From a virus (lineage: Duplodnaviria; Caudoviricetes), in IMG/VR virus record IMGVR_UViG_3300036818_000131, positions 1 through 63,824 of that record: 63,824 bases of DNA. One strand, written 5' to 3'. The translations under genes were made by a program, and so were the position numbers. Shown here piece after piece: positions 51,885 through 59,744 of this stretch. Every line of letters starts with the position of its first letter. The stretch's first letter is position 1. The notes beneath the pieces were generated by a model. That model saw only the letters and a list, made by a program, of their open reading frames with translations. It had not been told where the DNA came from and searched no databases.

Positions 51885-54158
51885 TCACGCCACCCCCAGC
51901 GCAAACCCGAGCTTGAGCCGCGTCGCTGCCGCGTCCGGGGCGGTGTAAGCACCGATACTGAACCCCTTCGCGTCCTTGACCGGGTTGCCGTAGAAATCCT
52001 GCAGCCCGGGATTGATCGAATAGAGCGCCGCGAGATCGCGCCCGGCGCCGATCAATCGCGAGGCGCCTTGCAGATGATAGGCGGCCGGTGCCGGCGGCGC
52101 ATAGCCGCCGATCGTGCCGCCGCTGCCGGGATCGACCAATTTCGGGTCTTGAAAGAGCGAATGCGCTTCCTGCGACGACGCCGCCTGATAGGCGGCGAGC
52201 GAGCTATAGGTCGTGCTGTGGTAAGAGGCCGAGAACCCCGTCCCATAATAGCAGTTGCCGTCGAGCGTGCACGACTGATTGTCAAAGGACAGAGTGCAGG
52301 AACCGCTTGCTCGAATGAGATTGTTGGCGAAATAGCCGGTGGGCCCGACCCCGTCATTGTTGCCCTGCAGGTAGACGACTTCCGATCCCGGCTGATTGGT
52401 GCAATAGACCGTATTGTTGTAGATCGCGATGCTCTTCGGGCAGGTGCTGCCGTCGCCGCCGGCATTCCAGACGCTGATCTCTTCGAGGTGAAGCGCGGCG
52501 TTGCTTTCCAGGATATTGAACCGTGCCGTGCACCCGGTATGGGTATTGCCGCTGCCAAAATTGAAGAAGAAGATCCCGGCGCCGTCGCAATGATGGATGT
52601 AGCAGTATTCGACCGTGCAGTTGTGGCAATCGACATCGAAATCGACGCCGTCGCCATCTTCCGGCGCATTGACCGCGATCTGGTTGTAGACCTCGCAAAA
52701 CGAGACGACGCTGCCGGTCGTCCAGTTGTATTCGATGCCGGCGTTGCCTTGGGCCTCGTTGGCGCCGCAGTCGTGCACGTAGCACAGCGTAACCAAGCCG
52801 TTGTGGGAATTGCCGACAAAGATCCCGGTGCTCGACTGATAGGGGCTGTTCGACGACGCCGTGCCGGGGCAGTTGCCGACCGTACAGCCGGATATCGTGA
52901 CATTGTCGAAGGCGCGGGTCAGTGTGAAGGTGCCGCCGGTGCCGCCGCGCTGGCCGACCGAGCCGGCGATCCCAAAGCAGATGCCGGCGGTGATGTTGCT
53001 GCTGATGTCGACATTGTCGGTGCAATTCGTGACCGTGCAATTCTGCACCGTGACATTGCTGACCGCGTCGGCGGTGTCGGGGCAGGTCCCGAGAATGCCG
53101 CTGCGCCCGAACCCGGAGGCCCTCAGCCCCAAGAACGTGATGTCGGCGATCGCCCCGGCAGCACCGTCGCTCCAGAGGTAGGCGCCATTGTAATTGGCGG
53201 TGTCGTCGCCGGCGAAGGTCAGGTTCTGGAGCGTGATACTGCCGATGTTGTGCAGCAGCGCGCCATCCAGTCCGCTTGGCGCGATCGTCGCATTGCCGGT
53301 GCCATAGGAGTCGACGACCAATGGCGAGCCGGAGGTCGGCGGGGTCTGCGAGGAGTAATTTGTCGTGGTCAGTTGCAGAGAGCCGGGAAATGTCTGGCCG
53401 CCCTGAAACAACACCTGGTCGCCGGCCATAAAAACCGAGCTGTTGACCTGGCCGACCGTCTGCCACGGCTGCGCCAAGGTGCCGGGGTTGCTGTCATTGC
53501 CGCTGTTCGCGACATGAAAGGCGGTCGCGACTGGCGGCGTCCCGATCGCAAACCCGATAATCTCGTATGGGATGTCGCTCGCCGTGCTGGTCGTCATCGC
53601 TTGCGTGCTGCGGTACGACGGCGCGGTCGCGTACTCCGCGAGCCACGTCGTACTGACATACTGCGCTTGCGTCTGACCGGCGTTCAATCCGGACGAATTG
53701 ACATCGACGGCATAGCCGATCAAGAGATCGCCGCTGTTGGCGGTAAAATTGCCCGATGATTGCGTCGTCCCGGTCGTGCCGCTGGCGCCCGCGAAACCAT
53801 TCAGTACGGCATTGCTCGGAACACCGCCCCACTCGTCGCCGATCACGACGCCGAAGGTGACCCCGCCCGTCGATGAGGCCGAGAGGGTGATCGTCGAGGG
53901 GCTGTTGGTTACATCAAGGAGCCGGAATGCCACCCAGTAATAGTTTGAGCTGGCGAGGAACAGCGCCTTGACGACCGGGTAACTGTTGCCTTTGTCGTCG
54001 AGTATGCTGGTGATGCTGTCGGTGCCGTCATTGGTTCCGACCCAGCCGGCGACGCCGGTCACCGGGTTGCCCGAGGTCACCGCCGCGTCGAAGGTCAGAG
54101 TCAGCGTTGTGCCCGATTGCCCCGAGTGGGTTTTGCCCTGGACGTGGCTGTAGCTCAT
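51885..54158 (-). CDS. Right-handed beta-helix (pectin lyase-like) spike/depolymerase
   Basis: FHV.NSGNDSNPGT..QPW.T, GD.VLF.GG.TF.G, Asn/Cys ladder repeats, DGDG.DFD, YNNT.Y, DFYGN, SIGA. Confidence 0.85.
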   Translation of the reverse strand: MSYSHVQGKTHSGQSGTTLTLTFDAAVTSGNPVTGVAGWVGTNDGTDSITSILDDKGNSYPVVKALFLASSNYYWVAFRLLDVTNSPSTITLSASSTGGVTFGVVIGDEWGGVPSNAVLNGFAGASGTTGTTQSSGNFTANSGDLLIGYAVDVNSSGLNAGQTQAQYVSTTWLAEYATAPSYRSTQAMTTSTASDIPYEIIGFAIGTPPVATAFHVANSGNDSNPGTLAQPWQTVGQVNSSVFMAGDQVLFQGGQTFPGSLQLTTTNYSSQTPPTSGSPLVVDSYGTGNATIAPSGLDGALLHNIGSITLQNLTFAGDDTANYNGAYLWSDGAAGAIADITFLGLRASGFGRSGILGTCPDTADAVSNVTVQNCTVTNCTDNVDISSNITAGICFGIAGSVGQRGGTGGTFTLTRAFDNVTISGCTVGNCPGTASSNSPYQSSTGIFVGNSHNGLVTLCYVHDCGANEAQGNAGIEYNWTTGSVVSFCEVYNQIAVNAPEDGDGVDFDVDCHNCTVEYCYIHHCDGAGIFFFNFGSGNTHTGCTARFNILESNAALHLEEISVWNAGGDGSTCPKSIAIYNNTVYCTNQPGSEVVYLQGNNDGVGPTGYFANNLIRASGSCTLSFDNQSCTLDGNCYYGTGFSASYHSTTYSSLAAYQAASSQEAHSLFQDPKLVDPGSGGTIGGYAPPAPAAYHLQGASRLIGAGRDLAALYSINPGLQDFYGNPVKDAKGFSIGAYTAPDAAATRLKLGFALGVA

Positions 54159-54172
54159 CGCTCAGGCCAATG

Positions 54173-54412
54173 TCATTGCCACACGGCGACGATGCTCGCT
54201 GCAGTCGTCCCGCTGCTCCAGACCCGTCTGACCCGGATCGGGTGCCAGCCGGCCGGAGCGGCGGTAAAGGTCACGATCTCGCCATCCATCATCGTCACTC
54301 TGAGGTCGCCGCTGCCGCCGACATACAGCGCTGTCGTGAATTCCGGTAAATCGACACTGTCGCTGGGTGTGACCGCGACGGCATGCGGCACGGGATCGGA
54401 AAGTTCGGCCAT
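54173..54412 (-). CDS. Head spike base protein (RcGTA Rcc01079-like)
   Basis: P...AVTPSD..DL...T.ALYVG..GDL.V......VTF....G..PIRV.RV...GTTA..IVA. Confidence 0.85.
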   Translation of the reverse strand: MAELSDPVPHAVAVTPSDSVDLPEFTTALYVGGSGDLRVTMMDGEIVTFTAAPAGWHPIRVRRVWSSGTTAASIVAVWQ

Positions 54413-54413
54413 G

Positions 54414-55889
54414 TCAACCAAGCCTCTGTTTGAGTTCCCAATCGGGATCGGCGATCCGGCCGCGCACGAGATGGTGCAATTCGTGAAGCGGGCCGCTCCA
54501 ATCGTCGTGCGCCGCCTGGCGTAAGAGCCGCATGGTCGGGTACCACGAGGTCCGTTCGGTAGCAAAGCCCCAGCGCCAGCACGGCAGGTGGGGCAACAGC
54601 CCGATCACCGGCCGCCCCATCGCACCCGCGAGATGCAGGGGTGCCGAGTCGACCGAGACGATGAGATCGAGGGCGGCCATGTAGGAGGCGGTGTCGGCCC
54701 AATCGCGCAAGCGGCGCGAGAGGTCGTGGACCAGCACGCCGGCGCCGGCCGCGAGCTCGTGCGCCGCACCGTCGGATCCATGTGGGCCGGATCCATGTGG
54801 GCCGACCTGCAGGCTGTAGAGCGCCACACCGGGGATCGCGGCGAGCCCGACAAGCTCGCCGAGCGGCACACCGCGCCGCGCCGAGCGTTCCCCAAGCGAT
54901 CCCGGGAGCGACCGCGGCGCCCAGACGAGACCGATTGCGAGCCGCGTCCCGGGGGGCTTGTCGAGCACGACCGGCTCGGCGGTGAGATAGCGGGTCAATT
55001 TCGCCGACGGCAATTCGACGTCGAGATGCCGCAGGTAGGAGCAGACGGGCGAGTGATAATCCGCCCGATCGGGTCCATCGGCCGGCAGATCACCCTCGAG
55101 GTCGACGAGCTCGAGCATTGGGCAGGCGCGAAAGCGCGGCCAGGCAAAGAGCGGCAGCAGATCGCGCGGTGCCGCCAATGTGATGCGCCCCGCCCGTTGT
55201 GCCAGCGCGCCGAGAAAGCGCGCGAATTGGATCGTATCGCCCTGCCCCTGATCGTGGTGCACGAGGATGTGCTTGCCGGTCAGGTCCTCGCCCTGCCATT
55301 CCGGGATCCCGAGCTCCCACACCTGAGTGCGGCCGATTTCCGCAAAACGGTGCTCGTAGAGCGCCAGGCCACGGCGGTAATCGGCCGCGGAATTTTGATT
55401 TGGGGAACTTGCCTTGGCCAGCACCGGGTAGGCGAGATGGGTCAGCGCCCGCGCCCGCCGCCCCTCGTCAGTGCCGGCGACCGCACCAGCGGATTGCGTG
55501 TACCAATCCTCGGAGGCCACGAGCTCGCCGAGCGCGTAGCACACCGCACCCAAGTTGAAGGTGATCTCGGCATCGCCGGGGCGGCGCTGGTTGGCCGCTT
55601 CGAGCCACACCCGAGCCTTGTGGTAGCGACCCATCCGATAGAGGATGCAGCCGAGGTTTTTCAACGCGTCGGGGTGCTCGGGAGCGATCCCGACGGCCTT
55701 TTCCGCGCAGGTCAGTGCCGCCCCGTATTGCCCACGATCGGCCAATAGCGAGGCGACAGAGAACCAGGCCTCGGGCCGCCCAGCGCAATCCACTGGAGCA
55801 GCCCTAAGCCCGGTCGTGTAATAGGCCAGCGCGCCATCGAGATCGCCAGCGATGTGGCGGTTGAAGGCCGCCCGGAGTGCGGTACTCAG
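54414..55889 (-). CDS. Second TPR-repeat GT9-like glycosyltransferase (probable CTG start)
   Basis: TPRs; W.GEDL.GK.IL...QG.GDTIQFARF, DWADTA...LDLIVSVDS...HLAGAMG, WRWG....T.WYPTMRL. Confidence 0.85.
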   Translation of the reverse strand: MSTALRAAFNRHIAGDLDGALAYYTTGLRAAPVDCAGRPEAWFSVASLLADRGQYGAALTCAEKAVGIAPEHPDALKNLGCILYRMGRYHKARVWLEAANQRRPGDAEITFNLGAVCYALGELVASEDWYTQSAGAVAGTDEGRRARALTHLAYPVLAKASSPNQNSAADYRRGLALYEHRFAEIGRTQVWELGIPEWQGEDLTGKHILVHHDQGQGDTIQFARFLGALAQRAGRITLAAPRDLLPLFAWPRFRACPMLELVDLEGDLPADGPDRADYHSPVCSYLRHLDVELPSAKLTRYLTAEPVVLDKPPGTRLAIGLVWAPRSLPGSLGERSARRGVPLGELVGLAAIPGVALYSLQVGPHGSGPHGSDGAAHELAAGAGVLVHDLSRRLRDWADTASYMAALDLIVSVDSAPLHLAGAMGRPVIGLLPHLPCWRWGFATERTSWYPTMRLLRQAAHDDWSGPLHELHHLVRGRIADPDWELKQRLG

Positions 55890-55915
55890 GTTGTATCCCC
55901 CTTATGTCGATGCAG

Positions 55916-56611
55916 TTACGGCGCAATCGTCGAGTAGACGACCCCATAGGTGTGCGTGGCGTTGGGTGCAGTATGGGGAGTCCAAATTCCCGCGTTGGTC
56001 AGGGCCCCGAGAGTGGTCGAGTTGTCGGCGCCGTCGGTCTCTTCCTTGAGGATCGTGACGTCGACCGCATTGGGCGGCACCGGCACCGCGAGAGCCGCAG
56101 TCGTGTCGATCTGGATCTTCGGGCTGGCGCCACCGACAAGCCCGCTGGTGATCGCCGAGGCGACGGTCAACACACCCTTGGTGAACGGCACGGTCAGCAA
56201 CGTCGAGGCCGCGGTCACCATGGACAATGCGTCGACCTGCGCGGCGGTGCCGTCATTGGCGGCATAGGTCACGGTGCACACGCCGGCGGTGATCGCCACG
56301 GTGCCGGGATCGACCCGCATTTGGCACTTGCGCAGCGTGTCCGGGTTGGCGGCGACGGTGAGCGTGGTGTTGGTCAGTGCGACCGATGCGACAATGGCGC
56401 CGACGGCGGCGGCGGCCGGAGCGCTGATGAGCGAGTTATAGGTGCGCGTGTCGCGCCGCACCGGGACATAACCGGCCTTCAGCGCATCGTTCTGGTCGCG
56501 CGGATCGATCGTAAACGTGCCGTCGGAATTTTGCGCAACGGTGCCCGAGAACGGGCCCTGAAAGGCGCCGGCCGGGGTAACACCGACGGCGGCGATGACC
56601 AAAACTGTCAT
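55916..56611 (-). CDS. Thr/Ala/Val-rich virion structural protein
   Basis: 231 aa; AGGAG RBS; beta-rich; ends ..APNATH.Y.V.Y. Confidence 0.65.
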   Translation of the reverse strand: MTVLVIAAVGVTPAGAFQGPFSGTVAQNSDGTFTIDPRDQNDALKAGYVPVRRDTRTYNSLISAPAAAAVGAIVASVALTNTTLTVAANPDTLRKCQMRVDPGTVAITAGVCTVTYAANDGTAAQVDALSMVTAASTLLTVPFTKGVLTVASAITSGLVGGASPKIQIDTTAALAVPVPPNAVDVTILKEETDGADNSTTLGALTNAGIWTPHTAPNATHTYGVVYSTIAP

Positions 56612-56666
56612 GGGTAGCTCCTACTGGGGGAATACCGACGCCGTCGCGGCGTGGGTTGGGGAAAGG

Positions 56667-57404
56667 CTATTCTTCGTCTTCGTCGAGGTCGGCGAGCTCG
56701 TACCAACATCTGCAATTTGGGTGCGGGTAGTCGCCATTGGGCCAATCGTCGGCGATCGCAATGACGCCGGCATCGGCGTTCTCCTCGCAATCGGCCTCGA
56801 CGGCATCATCCTCCTGGGTCCGCCAGACCTTGCCTGGTGCGACTCGGCTGTTGCGCATTGCGACATTGAGCCCTTCGCGCTCGGCCTGCGTCACTTCGTT
56901 CTGCGCAATGCGATCGGCGCGCGCGCGGTTGAAGGCTGGCGCCTCGGCGACTGCGGCGACCAATTGCGCCGCGGTGAAGCCCCCAGCAGTTGCATTGGCC
57001 GCGAGGGCCGCGAGGGCCGCGAGGACCGTCGTCTCGAGCATGCCGCGGCTGCGTTCCTTGAGCCCGGGGACCAGATCGGCCGCCTGGCTCTGCGCCCACC
57101 CATCGGCGCGGTTGTCGAGGTCGTCGACGATATCGGGGACCTCGTCCCCGCCCGCATCATCGGGCAGCGGCGGCAAGCCGAGAGTGGCGCGGGCCTCGTT
57201 GCGCGTTCGGGCTTGCCCGCCGAACCCTGCGGCTCGGAGCCCATCGGCGTAGACCGGCGCGAGATCGGCGGCGAGGGTCGCGACGAGCCCCGACCAATCG
57301 CCGAAATCGAGCCCTGCCAGCAAGGCTGCGGCCCGCCGGCGTTCTTCGTCTTGCGGGTCGGTGCCATCGCCATCGGCGCTGACGGCACCGCGGTCCTCGC
57401 TCAT
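56667..57404 (-). CDS. MuF-like (Mu gpF / SPP1 gp7) head morphogenesis protein
   Basis: RA..IA.NE, K.W.T..D..V...C..N, HPNCRC. Confidence 0.85.
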   Translation of the reverse strand: MSEDRGAVSADGDGTDPQDEERRRAAALLAGLDFGDWSGLVATLAADLAPVYADGLRAAGFGGQARTRNEARATLGLPPLPDDAGGDEVPDIVDDLDNRADGWAQSQAADLVPGLKERSRGMLETTVLAALAALAANATAGGFTAAQLVAAVAEAPAFNRARADRIAQNEVTQAEREGLNVAMRNSRVAPGKVWRTQEDDAVEADCEENADAGVIAIADDWPNGDYPHPNCRCWYELADLDEDEE

Positions 57405-57661
57405 TCGATAAAGAGGCTTTCGAGCGGCTTGACCTCGATCGTGCAGCTCGAAACGTCGTAGCTGTTGGTATCGGCCAGCACCATGTGGCCCTGTGCGGTG
57501 ACGCTGATCGGGCCCGCTCTTCGGATGCCCTCGATGGCACTCTCGACGAACACAAAGACCGGCTCGGGGACATTGTGCAGCGAGCCCGCCTGGCGCAGAT
57601 CGGCCAGGTGCGCCAGTGCGCGAGCCCGGTCCTTGGCAATGAAATTAAAATGGAATGACAA
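57401..57661 (-). CDS. Hypothetical protein
   Basis: 86 aa; ATGA overlap with MuF. Confidence 0.55.
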   Translation of the reverse strand: MSFHFNFIAKDRARALAHLADLRQAGSLHNVPEPVFVFVESAIEGIRRAGPISVTAQGHMVLADTNSYDVSSCTIEVKPLESLFIE

Positions 57662-57708
57662 TGCTTTCCCCCGCTATTTCGAAAGGCTAAGGCGCCGGAT
57701 TAGAAAGG

Positions 57709-58011
57709 CTAAAACCGCAAATCTGCGATCTGCTCGGGGGTCCAGCCAACGGGCGGCTCAGAGACCGGCAGGGTAACCTGGTGGATCGTTCGCAGCTGCT
57801 CAGCGACCTCGCGATCGGCGAGCGCGACGACAATCCCGGGCAGATACAGCATCCTGATATCGGGGTGGCGTTGCTGCATCCACTCCTCAAACTGTAGGAT
57901 CATCCTGGCGCTCCAGCAATCGGGCACGAAGACCAGCAACACATCGGTCGGGGCCATTGACAGTTTTGCAATGGCCACGTCCGTGACCCCGGTTTCGTCG
58001 ACTATCGCCAC
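57709..58011 (-). CDS. Hypothetical protein
   Basis: GAGGAG RBS, GTG start, 100 aa. Confidence 0.6.
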   Translation of the reverse strand: MAIVDETGVTDVAIAKLSMAPTDVLLVFVPDCWSARMILQFEEWMQQRHPDIRMLYLPGIVVALADREVAEQLRTIHQVTLPVSEPPVGWTPEQIADLRF

Positions 58012-58062
58012 GTTAGCTCCTCAAATCCGCAATCAAATTAGACCCTTAACCCTCATTGCGCA

Positions 58063-58091
58063 TTGCAATAGTGCACCGGGTGCACTATGTT
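58063..58091 (+). promoter_or_regulatory. Sigma70-type promoter with palindromic operator
   Basis: TTGCAA-17 bp-TATGTT; perfect inverted repeat ATAGTGCAC-CGG-GTGCACTAT at 58068-58088. Confidence 0.75.
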
Positions 58092-58132
58092 ACGACTCGG
58101 CGCTGCAACGCCGCGGAAATCGGAGACCCTCG

Positions 58133-58501
58133 ATGAACATCGCAGAACGCAACCGGGCCATCAAAAGCACTCTCGCGATGGCCTTTGGCCGCGACAAGAT
58201 CAGGGTGCGCGGCTCACGCGGCACCGGCTACGGCTGGGTCAGCGTCCACATCGACTACACGCCGCTCGACGTCGAGATCCGGCGCGAGCTCGAACAGCAC
58301 TGCAAGGCGCTGCTGCGGGCGGCCAAGGTCGACCTCGGCTTTACCTACACTGACGACACCTGCCAGTCGACCAGCGACCAGTGTCTGATCAGTTTCAATC
58401 CCTGCCGCTATCAGCGCACGTTCCGCGATGCCGATGGGCGCCTGCATGCGCAGCGCGATTACCAGGGCCAGTGGGAACCGGTCGATGGAGCAGCCCAATG
58501 A
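58133..58501 (+). CDS. Hypothetical protein
   Basis: GGAG RBS; first gene of a translationally coupled plus-strand cassette. Confidence 0.7.
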   Translation: MNIAERNRAIKSTLAMAFGRDKIRVRGSRGTGYGWVSVHIDYTPLDVEIRRELEQHCKALLRAAKVDLGFTYTDDTCQSTSDQCLISFNPCRYQRTFRDADGRLHAQRDYQGQWEPVDGAAQ

Positions 58502-58671
58502 GCATCTACGACTATTCTGAGTGCGACGAGGTCGCGGACAACATGCCGCAACCGACCAAGCCGCTCTCGTTCGACGAGGCGCTCGCAATCATCAACGCGC
58601 AGATGCCGGACGAGACTTTCACGATCCGCGCCAATGTCGCGCAAGCGCTCGCCCAGAGGAGCAAACGCTGA
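58498..58671 (+). CDS. Small hypothetical protein
   Basis: ATGA overlap, GGAG RBS. Confidence 0.55.
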   Translation: MSIYDYSECDEVADNMPQPTKPLSFDEALAIINAQMPDETFTIRANVAQALAQRSKR

Positions 58672-58961
58672 TGGCCACACTCTACAAGCATGGCCCGATC
58701 CGCGGCGTCTTCAAGCGCGGCGGCGACCGCTACGTGTGCTTCGAGAACGGCACGGTGCTGCGCAACCGCCCCAATGGCTGCGGCGGCTTCGCCGGCTGGC
58801 GCCTGACCGCCTTCAATACCGACCGGCTACTGTCGGGCACCCTGCTGACTCCTGACACCAGCGCAGCGGCGCAGGCGATCCTGGCGCGCGCCAACCGCGA
58901 CAATCACGTCCACGAGGGCGCCAAGCGGCTCCGCCACATCGAGCGCCGCATCGCACTCTAA
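58671..58961 (+). CDS. Hypothetical protein
   Basis: TGATG overlap, GAGGAG RBS; MATLYKHG. Confidence 0.65.
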   Translation: MATLYKHGPIRGVFKRGGDRYVCFENGTVLRNRPNGCGGFAGWRLTAFNTDRLLSGTLLTPDTSAAAQAILARANRDNHVHEGAKRLRHIERRIAL

Positions 58962-58973
58962 CGGGAGACTGAG

Positions 58974-59519
58974 ATGAGCAAGAAAATTCGCATCGAGTAT
59001 TTCGGCGTCGAGGGCGAGGGCCCGACCGTCACCGCCGCCAAGCAGGACGCTGGCCGCCGGCTTGAGCATCTGGTCAAGCAGACCGAGGAGTCGCCGACCA
59101 TCATCAAGGTCGGCGGCGTTGCCGCACTGGTGGCGTTCCAACGCCACGGCTGGGGCTGGCGGCTGATCCAGACGACGGGCCAAGCGCTCAACACCGGACG
59201 CATTCACGTCAGCAGCGGCTACGACAAGCGCGAGGCCGAGCTCGGTGCGCTGAAGCACGTCCTCGATGTCGCGTGGAATTTCCCCAACGACGTCACTGAC
59301 GAGGAGTGGATCACCGAGTCTCTTAAAGGGTGCGGCGTCTATCTCTCGCTCGGCGACGAACGCCAGATTAAAGCCGATGCACTGCGCGGTTTTGGCTGGC
59401 AGCGCCGCTACCGCGTCGCCCGCGCCCAGGGCTATGACGACGCGGATGCCTTCCACATCGCCGGCAACCTGCCGCACATGACCAAGGCCGCCAGAGCGGC
59501 TGCGGCGGAGGTCGCGTGA
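58974..59519 (+). CDS. Hypothetical protein
   Basis: 181 aa, GGGAG RBS. Confidence 0.7.
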   Translation: MSKKIRIEYFGVEGEGPTVTAAKQDAGRRLEHLVKQTEESPTIIKVGGVAALVAFQRHGWGWRLIQTTGQALNTGRIHVSSGYDKREAELGALKHVLDVAWNFPNDVTDEEWITESLKGCGVYLSLGDERQIKADALRGFGWQRRYRVARAQGYDDADAFHIAGNLPHMTKAARAAAAEVA

Positions 59520-59722
59520 TGGTCACCCAGGTCGACGTCGAGGTCGAAAACCACGGCACGATCTTTCTCGTCCGCCCGCTGACCGAGACGGCCCGCGACT
59601 GGCTCGACGAGAATGTCAGCGACGATGCGCAGTATTTTGGCGGCGCGCTCGTCGTCGAGCACCGCTACATCGAGGACCTCGTCGAGGGGATGCTCGGCGA
59701 TGACCTCAATGTGGGATCGTGA
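59516..59722 (+). CDS. Conserved small phage protein
   Basis: NHG.IFLVRPL...A.DWL.ENV....G..LVVEHRY. Confidence 0.7.
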   Translation: MMVTQVDVEVENHGTIFLVRPLTETARDWLDENVSDDAQYFGGALVVEHRYIEDLVEGMLGDDLNVGS

Positions 59723-59744
59723 CCATGGCATCAGACGCACTAGG

